64,000 nucleotides of DNA. It comes from Balanoglossus misakiensis. Taxonomy: Eukaryota > Animalia > Hemichordata. The stretch is from the NCBI GenBank assembly GCA_040954595.2, contig CM082584.2:2139344-2203343 (forward strand). The letters are read 5' to 3'. A model generated the notes under the pieces. It was not told where the DNA came from, made no database searches, and worked only from the letters and a program-made list of their open reading frames with translations. Both the position numbers and the translations under genes were made by a program. Shown here piece by piece: positions 1-13,668 of the stretch; position 1 is the stretch's first letter, and every line of letters starts with the position of its first letter.

Positions 1-3000
1 ATATATGCATATATAGCTCATACTACGTGTTCTAAATGTACCAGAGTTCTGATTTTTGTGCACATTGGTATCATCCCTGCCAGGACCTACCCCAAATATT
101 TTGGTAATTTTGGCAATGACCTTTGACCTACTTTTGACACATCATTTTTTTCTGCATATCTAATTACAGGCTAACCTATAGGGCTATGATTTTGGTTTTT
201 GATGTATGTGGATTTGTATGTGATCAAAAAATTTCGCTACTTTTCATGACCCCTTTGACCTCTGCTGACCTCATTAAATATGTGCATAGCTAATTACAGG
301 CGAACCAATAGAGCTAGAGTTTTGGTTTTTGTTGGACATTAACCAGTATGGGTCAAAAAAATGTGCCCAAATGTTGGGTGACCTCAGGTGACCTTTGACC
401 TACTTATCACGCGTTAATATTTCAGCATATCTAATTCCAGGCTAACCTATAGGGCTAGACTTTTGGTTTTTGATGCATGTGGATTAGTGTGTGATCAAAA
501 TATTTTGCTACTTTTCATGACCCCTTTGACCTCTGCTGACCTCATTAATTATGTGCATAGCTAATTACAGGCGAACCAATAGAGCTAGAGGTTTGGTTTT
601 TGTTGGACATGGACCAGTATGGGATCAAAATTTTTTGCCCAAATTTTGGGTGACCTCTGGTGACCTTTGACCTACTTTCGCATATCTCAGCATCCAGAGC
701 AGATACAGCCATGGCATTTGGCAGGATGGGACCAAAATGTAAAGCCACATTTTTGGGTCACCTGTGACACCTGCTGACCTCATTAAATATGCACATACCT
801 AATTACAGGCGAACCAATAGAGCTACAGTTTTGGTTTTTGTTGGACATGGACCAGTATGGGTAAAAAAAAAATTGCCCAAATGTTGGGTGACCTCAGGTG
901 ACCTTTGACCTACTTCACCCTATTTCAGCAGCAAAATACACACATCTTTGTTATGTCATGAGATAATACATCCGATAGAAAATTATGTTTCTTCTCATTC
1001 ATACTGTGCATATATAATTCAAGATCAGCGCTTGGGCCCGATAATGCTGCTCGCAGCTTTAATCTTTCTTTCTTTCTTTCTTTATTCTTGGTTCATTTCT
1101 TTCTCGCCTTAGATCTCAGACACCGCTGCAGGTACAGTTCTCAAACTTGCTACAGTGGTCAAGGTTAATGAGTAGATGTGCAGTGACTTGTGAATACTTA
1201 ATTAGTCACGTGACATGGCGGCCATATTGGATTTTCTGAAAAAATGCAAATCTCAGATCTCAGAAACTACAAGTCAGATCGACTTCAGATTTGGCGTGCT
1301 GGTAGTATACCCTCTGCCCATCATTTTTGTAATTGGATATTTTGCTGTCAATGTTGCAGTTTTTTTGCTACAGTTGTTTTTCTGAAATCTGGTCAAAATT
1401 TCAAAAATCTTCTTCTCCAGAACCGGCGATAACCGAGTCACGCCGTTTGGGTTATGTGGTCACCTAACTGATGTCTATCAAGTTTGCGAAGATCATTGTG
1501 ATTGGTCGAAGATTATGGCGGCCATATTGGATTTTCGAAAAACCATAGTAAAACTTCAAAAATCTTCTTCTCCAGAACGGGCAATAACCGAGTCACAAAA
1601 TTTGGTGTGTGTGGTCATTAAACGGATGTCTATCAAGTTTGCGAAGGGGAATGTGATTGGTCGAAGATTATGGCGGCTATATTGGATTTTGTGAAAAACG
1701 ATTAAAAAGTAAAAATTCCTTTTCTAGCCTAAAAATTGATAGCACAGAAATTCTTTTTATGGATATGAATCATCATATGACAAGAATAACCTATAAATAT
1801 TTTGGTAATTTTGGCAATGACCTTTGACCTACTTTTGACGAATCATTTTTCTGCATATCTAATTCCAGGCTAACCAATAGGGCTATAAGTTTGGTTTTTG
1901 ATGTATGTGGATTTGTATGTGATCAAAAAATGTTGCTACTTTTCATGACCCCTTTGACCTCTGGTGACCTCATTAAATATGCATATACCTAATTACAGAT
2001 GAACCAATAGACCTAGAGGTTTTGTTTTTGTTATACATGGACCAGTATGGGGTCAAAATATTTTGCCCAAATGTTGGGTGACCTCGGGTGACTTTTGACC
2101 TACTTAACACTATATTAGCATCAGATCAGATAATAGAGCTTGGGCCCGGACAATGCTGCTTGCAGCTTTAATTATTACGGGCCCAAGCCAAGCCAGGCTT
2201 GGGCCCGTATTGGTTTCGTTGGAGTTTTTAGGGCCCAAGCGCAAGCAAGCGCTTGGGCCCTATTGGTTTCGTTGGAATTTTTTAGGGCCCAAGCGCAAGC
2301 CAGCGCTTGGGCCCTATTGGTTTCGTTGGGGTTTTTCTTTCTTCTTTCTTTCTTTATTCTTGTGTCAATTCTTTGTCGCTCTAGATCTCAGACACCACTG
2401 CAGGTACACTTCTGAAACTTGCTACAGTGGTCAAGGTCAATGAGTAGTCGTGCATTGAACTCTTGAATTTTTAATTAGTCACGTGACATGGCGGCCATAT
2501 TGGATTTTCTGAAAAAATGCAAATCTCAGATCTCAGAAACTACAAGTCAGATTTACTTCAGATTTGGTGTGCTGGTAGTGTACCTTCTGCCCATCATTTT
2601 TGTAATTGGATATTTTGCTGTCAATGTTGCAGTTTTTTTGCTACAGTTGTTTTTCTGAAATCTGGCTTAAATTTCAAAAATCTTCTTCTCCAGAACCGGC
2701 GATAACCGAGTCACGCGGTTTGGGGTATGTGGTCACCAAGCTGAGGTCTATCAAGTTTGCGAAGATCATTGTGATTGGTCGAAGATTATGGCGGCCATAT
2801 TGGATTTTAAAAAAACCCTAGTAAAATTTCAAAAATCTTCTTCTCAAGAACCGGCGATAACTGAGTCACAAGATTTGGTGTGTTTGGTCATTAAACAGAT
2901 GTCTATCAAGTTTGCGAAGAGGAATGTGATTGGTCGAAGATTATGGCGGCCATACTGGATTTTGTGAAAAACGATTAAAAAGTAAAAATTCCCTTTCTAG

Positions 3001-6000
3001 CCTAAAAATTGATAGCACAAAAATTCTTTTTACGGATATGAATCATCATATGCCAAGAATAAGCTATAAATATTTTGGTAATTTTGGCAATGACCTTTGA
3101 CCTACTTTTGACACATCGTTTTTTCTGCATATCTAATTCCAGGCTAACCTATAGGGCTATCATTTTCGTTTTTGATGTATGTGGATTTGTATGTGATCAA
3201 AAAATTTCGCTACTTTTCATGACCCCTTTGACCTCTGCTGACCTCATTAAATATGCACATACCTAATTACAGATGAACCAATAGACCTAGAGGTTTGGTT
3301 TTTGTTGGACATGGACCAGTATTGGGTCAAAATTTGTTGCCCAAATGTTGGGTGACCTCGGGTGACCTTTGACCTACTTTTGCATATCTCGACATCCACA
3401 GCAGATACAGCCTTGGCGTTTGGAGGTATGGGGCCATAATGAAAAGCCAAAGTTTTGGGTCATCTGTGACACCTGCTTAACTCATTATTTATGTGCATAC
3501 CTAATTCCAGGCTAACCAAAAGGGCTAGAGGTCTGGTTTTTGTTGGACATGGACCACTATTGGTCAAAATTTTCTGCCCAAATTTTGGGTGACCTCAGAT
3601 GACCTTTGACCTACTTTTGCATATCTCGGCATCCAAAGCAGGTACAGCCTTGGCATTTGGAGATATGGGGCCATAATGAAAAGCCAAAGTTTTGGGTCAC
3701 CAGTGACACCTGCTTAACTCATCATTTATGTGCATACCTAATTCCGGGCTAACCAAAAGGGCTAGAGGTCTGTTTTTGTTGGACATGGACCACTATGGGT
3801 AAAATTTTCTGCCCAAATTGTGGGTGACCTCTGGGAGACCTTTGACCTACGTAACACTATATCAGCACCAAACATACATATAACCTTGATATTTCATGGG
3901 ATAAAACACAGCATTATGTTTCTACTCATTAATTATGTGCATATCTAATAATCAGATCAGATAATAGAGCTTGGGCCCGGACAATGCTGCTTGCAGCTTT
4001 AATCTTTCTTTCTTTCTTTCTTTCTTTCTTTATTCTCCTGTCAATTCTTCGGCCAACGAGATCTCTGAAACTACTGCAGGTACACTGCTCAAACTTGCTA
4101 CAGTGGTCAAGGTCAATGAGTAGATGTGCAGTGACTTGTGAATACTTAATCAGTCACGTGACCTGGCGGCCATATTGGATTTTCTGAAAAAATTCAAATC
4201 TCAGATCTCAGAAACTACAAGTCAGATCGACTTCAAATTTGGCATGCAGGTAGACTACCTTCTGCCCATCATTTTTGTAATCGGAAATTATGCTGTAAAA
4301 GTTGCAGTTTTTTTGCTACAATTTTTTTCCTGAAATCTGGCTTAAATTTCAAAAATCTTCTTCTCCAGAACCAGTGATAACCGAGTCACGGGGTTTGGGG
4401 TTTGTGGTCACCTAACTGATGTCTATCAAGTTTGCGAAGATCATTGTGATTGGTCGAAGATTATGGCGGCCATATTGGATTTTCGAAAAGCCATAGTTCA
4501 ACTCCAAAAATATTCTTCTCCAGAACGGGCGATGACTGAGTCGCAAGATTCGGGGAGTATGGTCACTACACTGATGTCTATCAAGTTTGCAAAGAGCATT
4601 GTGATTGGTCGAAGATTATGGCGGCCATATTGGATTTTGTAAAAAGCAGTGAAAAATTGAAATTCCTTTTTCTAGTCCAAAAATTGATAGCATACAAATT
4701 CTTTTTATGGATATGAATCGTCATGTGACTAAAATATGTTACAATTTTTTGGCGATTTTTCACATGACCTTTGACCTACTTATCACGTGTTATTATTTCT
4801 GCATATCTAATTCCAGGCTAACCTATAGGGCTAGACGCTTGGTTTTTGATGAATGTGGATAAGTGTGTGATCAAAATATTTTGCTACTTTTCATGACCCC
4901 TTTGACCTCTGCTGACCTCATTAATTATGTGCATAGCTAATTTCAGGCGAACCAATAGAGCTAGGGGTTTGGTTTTTGTTGGACATGGACCAGTATAGGA
5001 TCAAAATGTTTTGCCCAAATGTTGGGTGACCTCTGGTGACCTTTGACCTACTTTCGCATATCTCAGCATCCAGAGCAGATACAACCATGGCATTTGGTAG
5101 GATGGGACCAAAATGTAAAGCCACATTTTTTGGTCACCTGTGACACCTGTTGACCTCATTAAATATGCACATACCTAATTACAGGCGAACCAATAGAGCT
5201 AGAGTTTTGGTTTTTGTTGGACATGGACCAGTATGGGTCAAAAAAATTGCCCAAATGTTGGGTGACTTCAGGTGACCTTTGACCTACTTCACCCTATTTC
5301 AGCAGCAAAAATACACACATCCTTGTTATGTCATGAGATAATACACCCGATAGAAAATTCTGTTTCTTCTTATTCATACTGTGCATATATAAATCAAGAT
5401 CAGCGCTTGGGCCCGACAATGCTGCTCGCAGCTTTAATTCTTTCTTTATTCTTATGTCAATCTTTGCTCTCCTAGATCTCTGAAACGGCTACAGGTACAC
5501 TTCTCAAACTTGCTACAGTGGTCAAGGTCAATGAGTAGATGTGCAGTGGCTTGTGAATATTTAATTAGTCACGTGACCTGGCGGCCATATTGGATTTTCT
5601 GAAAATCTTTAAATGGCTTCTTCTCAAAAACCACAGGGCCAATCAAGTTCAAATTTGGTGTATGGTACACATGTCCTCTGCCCTTCAAAGTTTGACAATA
5701 AAATCCTGAGCGGTCACGTGACTTTGGCCGCCATATTGGATTTTCGAAAAAGTACAGTAAAATCTTCAAAAATCTTCTTCTCCAGAACCGGCAATAACCG
5801 AGTCATGGGATTTAGGGTATGACATCACCTAACTGATGTCTATCAAGTTTGCGAAGAGCGTTGTGATTGGTCAAAGATTATGGCGGCCATATTGGATTTT
5901 GTAAAAACCAGCGAAAATTAAGAAATCATTTTTCTAGTCTAAAAATAGATAGCATACCAATTCTTTTTATGGATATGAGTCGTGATATGACTAGAATATG

Positions 6001-8050
6001 TTGCAAATATTTTGGAAATTTTCACATGACCTTTGACCTACTTTTTTAAGAACCTGCATATATGCATATATAGCTCATACTACGTGTTCTAAATGTACCA
6101 GAGTTCTGATTTTTGTGCACATTGGTATCATCCCTGCCAGGACCTACCCCAAATATTTTGGTAATTTTGGCAATGACCTTTGACCTACTTTTGACACATC
6201 GTTTTTTTCTGCATATCTAATTCCAGGCTAACCTATAGGGCTATGATTTTGGTTTTTGATGTATGTGGATTTGTATGTGATCAAAAAATTTCGCTACTTA
6301 TCATGACCCCTTTGACCTCTGCTGACCTCATTAAATATGCGCATACCTAATTACAGATGAACCAATAGACCTAGAGGTTTGGTTTTTGTTGGACATGAAC
6401 CAGTATTGGGTCAAATTTTTTTGCCCAAATGTTGGGTGACCTCGGATGACCTTTGACCTACTTTTGCATATCTCGACATCCACAGCAGATACAGCCTTGG
6501 CGTTTGGAGGTATGGGGCCATAATGAAAAGCCAAAGTTTTGGGTCACCTGTGACACCTGCTTAACTCATTATTTATGTGCATACCTAATTTCGGGCTAAC
6601 CAAAAGGGCTAGAGATCTGGTTTTTGTTGGACATGGACCACTATGGGTCAAAATTTTCTGCCCAAATTGTGGGTGACCTCTGGGTGACCTTTGACCTACT
6701 TAACACTATATCAACACCAAACATAGATATAACCTTGATATTTCATGGGATAAAACACAGCATTATGTTCCTACTCATTAATTATGTGCATATCTAATAA
6801 TCAGATCAGATAATAGAGCTTGGGCCCGGACAATGCTGCTTGCAGCTTTAATTCTTCTTCTTCTTCTTCTTCTTCTTCCGAGAAATTCGGCCAGGTAGAT
6901 CTGGAAAACCGCAGCACCTAGGGGGCTGAAACTTGGTAGGGTGATAGGGGCCAATGAGTAGACGTGCAGTGGACCGTGAATATTTAATTAGTCATGTGAC
7001 CTGGCGGCCATATTGGATTTCCTGAAAACAGTTAAATGAGTCCTTCTCAAAAACTACAAGGCCGATCGAGTTCAAATTTGGTGTGCAGGTAGCCTACCTT
7101 CTGTCCATCATTTTACCCCATTGAAATCATGACGTCACACATAAAGTTTTTTTGCTACAATTGTTTTTCTTAAAAAATACTTAAAACTTTAAAAATCTTC
7201 TTCTCCAGAACCAGCAGTTACCGATTCTCGGGATTTGGGATATGTGGTCACCTAACCTATGTCTATCAAGTTTGCGAAGCGCACTGTGATTGGTCGATCA
7301 TTATGGCGGCCATGTTGGATTTTCGGAAAACCATTGAAAAATGAAAATTCTGTTTTGTAGCCAAAATGTTGACAGCACGGAAATTCTTTTTTTGGATATG
7401 AGTCATCATATGACCGGAAGTTGTCACAATTTTTCGTGGCAATTTTCACATGACCTTTGACCCAGTTTTAAAAGAACTAATTATATATGCATATTCCCCA
7501 TACCTCCTCTTGTAAAAGCACCACATTCATGAATTTTGTGGACATGGGTACCAATGCTGCCAGGACATGACACAAATATTTTGGTAATTTTGGCAATGAC
7601 CTTTGACCTATTTCTGCATATCTAATTCCATGCTACCCAATAGGGCTAGAGGTCTGGTATTGGTTGGACATGGCCCAGTCTGGGGTCAAAATTGTATGCC
7701 CTAATTTTGGGTGACCTTGGGTGACCTTTGATCTACTTTCCCATATCTCAGCATCCAGAGCAGTTAGAGCCCTGGCTGTTATGGGTATTGAGCACATAAT
7801 GGAGTCTTACACAAGACCTCATTAATTATGTGCATACCTAATTGCAGGCGAACCAATAGGGCTAGGGGTCTGGTTTTTTGTTGGATCTAGACTAGTATGG
7901 GGTCCAATTTTTTTGCCCAAATTTGGGGTGACCTCAGGTGACCTTTGACCTACTTTCCCATGTCTCGGTATCCCCAGCAGATACAGCCGTGGAATTTGCT
8001 GGTCACCATGGGAACCGCTTGTGCCCCCCCAATGCTGCTTGCAGCTTTAA
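1..8050 (+). mobile_element. Nested array 1 of HINE/DINE-1-like (non-autonomous Helentron-type) elements; open at window start
   Basis: 5' hairpin heads gggcccaagc..gcttgggccc at 2178, 2230 and 2284. 3' ends gcttgggccc/gcttgtgccc-N-gctgc(tt/tc)gcagc-tttaa at 1062, 2171, 4002, 5437, 6851 and 8050. (TTC/TTTC)n follows the heads; bodies contain ~120- and ~180-bp subrepeats. Family assignment is by architecture only. Confidence 0.75.
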
Positions 8051-9303
8051 TTTACTTTCTCGTTGTGAGGAGTTTCTTACCTCTCATTATTTACAATTTG
8101 GTTTCAAGCGAGAACATTCAACTGACCTGTGTTTATTTGCATTTAAAGAAATCATTAGCTACTACACCAGCAATGGAGGACCAGTGTTTACTTGTTTTCT
8201 GGATGCTTCAAAAGCTTTTGACAGAGTTAATCACTTTAAACTGGTTAACAAGCTCATCGACAGGAATGTTCCCTTGTATGCTGTTCGAATTTTATATTAC
8301 TGGTACAGAAATCAATTGTTTACTGTGTTGTGGGGTAATGAAACCTCAGAGTTGTTTTCTGTTTCTAACGGTGTAAGACAAGGGGGAGTACTCTCTCCCT
8401 ATCTTTTTAATGTCTACATTGATGATCTTATCAATGCACTCTGTAAAGCCAAAGTTGGCTGTACCATGTGTGGTGTCAGCGCTAACACTTCAGGTTACGC
8501 TGACGACATGACTCTACTCAGTCCAAGTGTTAAGGGTCTACGCCGTCTTCTTAGAATTTGTGACATTTATGGCAAGGATTATGATATCATTTATAATTCT
8601 AGTAAAACTGTGTGCATGCTTTTTAATGGGAAGAATATGAGCGTTCAAAGAATTCCTTCGGTTAAACTTAATGACATCACTTTGAAGTTTGTACCTGAAC
8701 ACACCTATCTGGGCCATGTAATATCTTGTGATGGTTGTGATAATGAAGATATTGAACGACAGAGAAGAGCATTTTGCGTTAGAGCAAACATGCTATTGAG
8801 ACATTTTCAACATTGTAGTCAAGATGTGAAGAAAGTTTTATTTTTGGCATATTGTAGTAATATTTACTGTTGCAGTTTGTGGGCATCCTTTAAAGTTAAA
8901 CCGATGAAAAAATTTAAAACTATGTACAATAATGTTTGGAGAAGACTTCTCGGTCTTCCGCCATTTTGCAGTGCATCGGGTATGTTTGCTACAAACCATG
9001 TATTGTCACTTGGTGAAGTTTTTAGACACAATATGTACAGTTTTAAGTGTAGACTCGAAAATTCTTCTAATGTTTTACTTGATGCGATCTGTTCATCAGA
9101 TAGAGCGACTGACAGCATATTTTTCAAACATTGGCGAAAGCAATTGTATATCATGTAATTTTGCAGAGTTTTTTTTGTGTGTGTGTGTGTGTCTCAGTTT
9201 CAGATTTTCCAGAGTATTTTCATTAGTGTTTTTTTTTCTTCTCTCTTTTGGGTATATGGACTTTTTTTAAAGTCTTAAATAAAGTATTATTATTATTATT
9301 ATT
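8051..9303 (+). mobile_element. 3' part of a non-LTR retrotransposon (RT domain to tail), cut at its 5' side by array 1
   Basis: Frame 8051-9158 encodes QFGFK, FLDASKAFDRV, GVRQGGVLSP and YADD motifs; AATAAA plus (TAT)n tail at ~9278-9303. The first ~37 codons of track ORF 7938 are HINE sequence. Confidence 0.9.
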
Positions 9304-9643
9304 AAGGGTTAAATTTGTATGACACTAATCATGATCAAACAAAGAGTGCACTTAACGGTTGACACAAGCACACCCCCTGTCAACACATTTTCCAGCGTTA
9401 TTTCTGGTTTCTGTATTAGTACTTGCTTTTCACATCCCATGGTTTATATGTTTAAGTCAATGATGCCCTCTATTTTTGATGAACCCTGGCATTGATAGGT
9501 TTTAAAGAATTTCTAGAAAACTTTCAGAACTCCTGTTGGTCTTTGGAAAGGTTTCATCAGTAATTGTTCTGTGATAAACATAATTGCAGTACTGTACTTT
9601 CTCCAAACTTTGCGAGAACATTTTCTTGTAGTATGACTTCATA

Positions 9644-9857
9644 CTGTAAAACAGGTTCTTTTCGCGACAGGAAATTTTCGCGATATCAAAAGAAGCAACT
9701 GTTATGCATGGATTAATTTTGGCTTTCTCGTATTTCACTAACTGCATTGTTATCTAAGAAAAAAAAACATTTTATGCGACTTTTGTATTTCCACATTTTT
9801 GGGGGCTCTCGCATATTTCATGAAAATTTATTGCTCGCGAAATAACCTGTTTTACAG
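9644..9857. mobile_element. MITE with TA flanks
   Basis: Terminal inverted repeats ta-ctgtaaaacaggtt..ttcgcga / tcgcgaa..aacctgttttacag-ta. Confidence 0.75.
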
Positions 9858-9932
9858 TATCCTCCATGGATTTCTTAACCTACTGATCAAGTGGGGTAAT
9901 GTCTTCAGCAACGATTTCTGTAATAAACTTAC

Positions 9933-10112
9933 CTCCCCAAGGTAGTGAAGGTATCTCGTAGCTTTCTTTAGAAACTCTTCATCAATGAAACGATCCAACT
10001 CTTTCACTCTTTCTATATATGTTTTCCATTTGATGACCGGGAAACTGCTCACAATCCATTTGCTTCTTCCATCAAGTATCTTAGCACTAAACTTTGGTAT
10101 GTATTCTTCTCT
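9933..10112 (-). CDS. ROCO gene exon: start of COR domain
   Basis: ttacag|REEYIPKFSAKIL...KKATRYLHYLGE|gtaagt; 180 nt, phase 0/0. Confidence 0.85.
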
Positions 10113-11875
10113 CTGTAACATTAACACAGCGACATATACCAGGTTCATGTCCAGACAGGGTAAAATTCAAAACATTTCATAGACACTATTTGCCAATAGT
10201 AAACACAGAGCATTAATCCTTTAAGTCGCCTTGTGTACACACTCACAAACAATGGGTTGCGGAGAGGTGTTAATCCTTACACTGGCTCAGGTCTGACCAA
10301 AGCCGTCTCAAATCTGAGACGTTTCAGGACCACTTAAACCATTCACACATGATAATTTATGCCAGTATTTCATCTGAGATGTTTCAAAAACGTCTTAAAC
10401 CCCAGTGCGGAAAGTCCTGGGGTTCGGATTAACGTGTGTTTGTATAGTTGTTTATTTGGGAGTGGTCGTCGTGCATATAATGACTGTGTAATTGCTCTCA
10501 TGTACACAGAAAATAATTGAACACTTCACACTTCCACGCGATTGACAACTGTTTGAATGGCGTGGTTATTGTTTCCCAGGGACGCTTCTGAAAAGCACTG
10601 AAACCAGATTTCTCCCAAAATCATCGTTGTTTCATAAGCTCGTGTACTTTTTCGTCGATAACTTTATGTTGTGTGTGTTTATAAAGCCAACTACTGTCGT
10701 TGTGTGGTGTAATTCTTTATGCTTGGACCTGTTTGGGCCAATTTTCATTGAGCAAAGATCGTTGGTGTTGTCTGTTGTCAGTCAAACGGCATTAAGATTC
10801 GCCACTGATTTGGGGGGTCTTTTATACCCCGCACCGGGGTTTAACGATGACCCCCATAATACTGTTGTTTGGTGAAATGAACATTCAGAAAAGCAACTCG
10901 AACAATACTGGCAACAGTGATATTCACCCTTTACAGACACAGCCCATTATTTAAAGTCTTGTTCTCACTAAAAGTTTGGACACCGGTGTTATGCCAGTGT
11001 TTACTCTCTGCAAACACAGGGGATTAGCCCACAGAATCTCCTTGCGTCCACACACTAAACTTTTGGCCACTGTTTTGAAATAAACACTGTCTAAATGGCC
11101 ATGTTTAGCAACACGGCAACTAACAAAATTGAGGATGTCGAGGACATTACAGCAACATGTTGCAGTTTATATACCTGCATATACGTTCTAGACGACTTTG
11201 TGACAGTTTTGATAATGTTTAGAAGTAAATGAATGTTAATCCATAAATGGAAAATGCTTTTCGGCTTTTTGGTGATCGAGAGAACCTTCTGAAAGTTGGT
11301 AGCAGACTGAAGTGTTGCAGACCTGGCAAACTGCGAATGGTTTGAAAACCACTCGCATCCAGTGTGATTGACTTAACAATGGAAACTGACCAAAGACAAT
11401 GGGCTATACCTAATAAACATACCCAAAAGTCACTGCAGGGTGGCGCTTTTGAACGGTGTTTGTTTATCTTTGCGTTCTCACTGATTATTTGCGTCGGAGC
11501 GCTGGCCCAGCACTGGCCCTGACCCACCACCCATCGCTGTCGCAAATTAACACCGGCCCAACACCGGTGTAAAGCGTTCTCACTTGTTTTTTTCCGTCGG
11601 TGTCAAATCTACACCGATGTAGCACCAGTGTAAACGTGCCAGTGAGAACGCCCTTTTAGACAGTTCTGATACCCGGTAAGTCAAAAGTATACAACCTTGA
11701 CTTATTTCCCACTGATAAGAGTTCTGTTATTACTATCTGATAGTTGGCTTTCTTGGACTCTATGCATTACATGAGAGTATTAAGGTGATGTAAAGCATGC
11801 CTTTGTCAAATATGGCCCTAATGAATTAACATGTTCAATCCAGTCACACATTGCAGAATATCTATAAAACCATAC

Positions 11876-12024
11876 CTTTGCACTTCGTAGACATTCACGC
11901 AATCTGTGCATATCATTATGCTGCGAGTTGTGACAATTCAGTATGAATGTCTCATCAAGAATATTCAGGTATTTGCCAAAGGTCTTCTGAGCTGTCTGGA
12001 GTATTTCCCTCATCACCAATTCAG
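11876..12024 (-). CDS. ROCO gene exon: end of Roc
   Basis: tgatag|(A)ELVMREILQ...FILNCHNSQHNDMHRLRECLRSAK|gtatgg; 149 nt; phase 1 matches the preceding exon. Confidence 0.8.
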
Positions 12025-12385
12025 CTATCAAGAAAAAAGTAATGATCTCTTGATAGATTTTTATTTACAAAGTATGGACATATACACAGAAGAGGCCACT
12101 TTGGTGCTGTTTTGTATTTTTTGAAAGCATCCGGTGAAATTCTACATCAATCACACTATCTGAATAGGTAAAATGTTGAATAGTAATGAGATCTCCTTTT
12201 GCATAGGCTCAGATGTAGTATGGGTGTCCCTTTCGAACAGAACAGCCAAGAATCAGCAAAGGTAAAGACAGCGCCCAACACTACATCTGGTTTTAATCAG
12301 ATTGAGTGTACTCCCACACCAGGCTCCCAATTGTGTGAATACCCTCGCTCTTGTCACCTTTTATCTAAACATGTACTGAACATAC

Positions 12386-12512
12386 CTTCTTTCTTGTGTT
12401 CAGCTTTCAACAAATCAGCCTTGCTTCCAATCAATATCACTTTTGGTTTACGCCCACCCTCATCCATATCTTGTGGTATGATTGCCTTAAGGAATGCAAG
12501 CCATGATGTCAC
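12386..12512 (-). CDS. ROCO gene exon: Roc G4 motif
   Basis: tag|VTSWLAFLKA...PKVILIGSKADLL...KKE-G|gtatgt; 127 nt. Confidence 0.85.
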
Positions 12513-12819
12513 CTATTAAAGAAAGACATGAAGAAGAATATAAAGTCATCAATCATATTATATTCAATCAGTCCCTAAATCTGGATAAAAACAAAAAGAG
12601 ATAAATGTTTCACAAATATATATACTGTGCCATTCATCTTTACTTTAATTTCATTCACAATATTGCACCACCTAATTCACTGATGCACTGCTTAGTAATA
12701 AAAAAAAATATTGTAATATATGCACTGTGCCCTTTCTGAGTTTCATCTTTACCTTTATTCCATAATTGCCCAAAATATTAATATCACTTATCATCAGTAA
12801 CAAAAAAACAACGACCCAC

Positions 12820-13104
12820 CTCTTGTCTCTGCTGTTGCATAAGTTTTCTTGGTGTCCAAACTACATCCTGCTTGTCCTCAGCCATTTTGAAGACCAATAA
12901 AACCACTGCATTCTCGACTCTTAGGAACATATTATGTGTGACATAGTATTCTGTTTGTCCTGCAAAGTCCCACACACTGAACTTGCCAATCTTGGGTATG
13001 GATAATGTGGCTACATCTATGGCGGGTGTTGGTGTGTACTGCATGTTCCCTGGTAAAGGTGCTTTCTCTTCTGACCGTCGAGTCAATTTTGCTTGCACAA
13101 AGTT
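12820..13104 (-). CDS. ROCO gene exon: Roc switch I/II
   Basis: cag|NFVQAK...TPTPAIDV...FSVWDFAGQTEYYVTHNMFL...QRQE|gtgggt; 285 nt. Confidence 0.9.
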
Positions 13105-13539
13105 CTGCATTGTAATATATGAACATAAGTGATGATTTTCTCACAATTTAGAGGTTGTAAACTTATAAACGGCAAGCGAGAGTATTTGATTCCGGATATA
13201 AGACCTCCCAGGTGAAACTTAGCATATTTGGCGGGAAATAATCACTGAGCGAGGCGAGGCGTTCTGTTCTATGTGTCCCATTTCGGTTATTTTTTAGTTA
13301 TTCACTGTTCAGGTCTTCTCGTTGAGGATATAAACCGCGACTCGGGCCAATCAGCAAGCTTGATTAATGCCAATCATATTGTAATAATATAAAATATTTG
13401 GAGAATTGGTTGGTCAACAAAATATGTACCCTGATTTCCACTGAAATGTAGTCTTCATGAAAACTTTAATATTTGCACAAATCCTTCACTCCTCAAAAAC
13501 AGCAATAATTGGCATTCATAATCAAAGATTTCTACACAC

Positions 13540-13668
13540 CCGCTGCAATGATTCTTTGAGTGTAGTTTTGCCATTCCCACCGTATCCAGCTAACACAATC
13601 TTTGTAGTATTACGTTTGACACCAGGTTGTCACATGAGTGCTGTGAATTCTTTTTGGCGGGAAAACAC
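13540..13668 (-). CDS. ROCO gene exon: Roc P-loop, with premature TGA
   Basis: cag|VFSRQKEFTALM*QPGVKRNTTKIVLAGYGGNGKTTLKESLQR|gtgtgt; 129 nt. Confidence 0.85.

Noticed and set aside
545-7449. Recurrent 60-100 aa ORFs (MQISDLRNYK.., MAFHYGPIPP.., ..WRPYWI) as a small-protein family
   Set aside because: They arise from HINE subrepeats, have shifting stops and frames between copies, and show no recognisable domain. The same applies in arrays 2 and 3.
7938-8050. N-terminus of the 406-aa ORF as a novel RT fusion
   Set aside because: Chance open frame through a HINE tail, with a GTG start, running into the interrupted LINE.
10220-11660. Possible Harbinger-like element or promoter (gttctcact / agtgagaac motifs, TATAAAA)
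   Set aside because: The inverted ends match only partially and no coding remnant was recognised; boundaries are unsupported.
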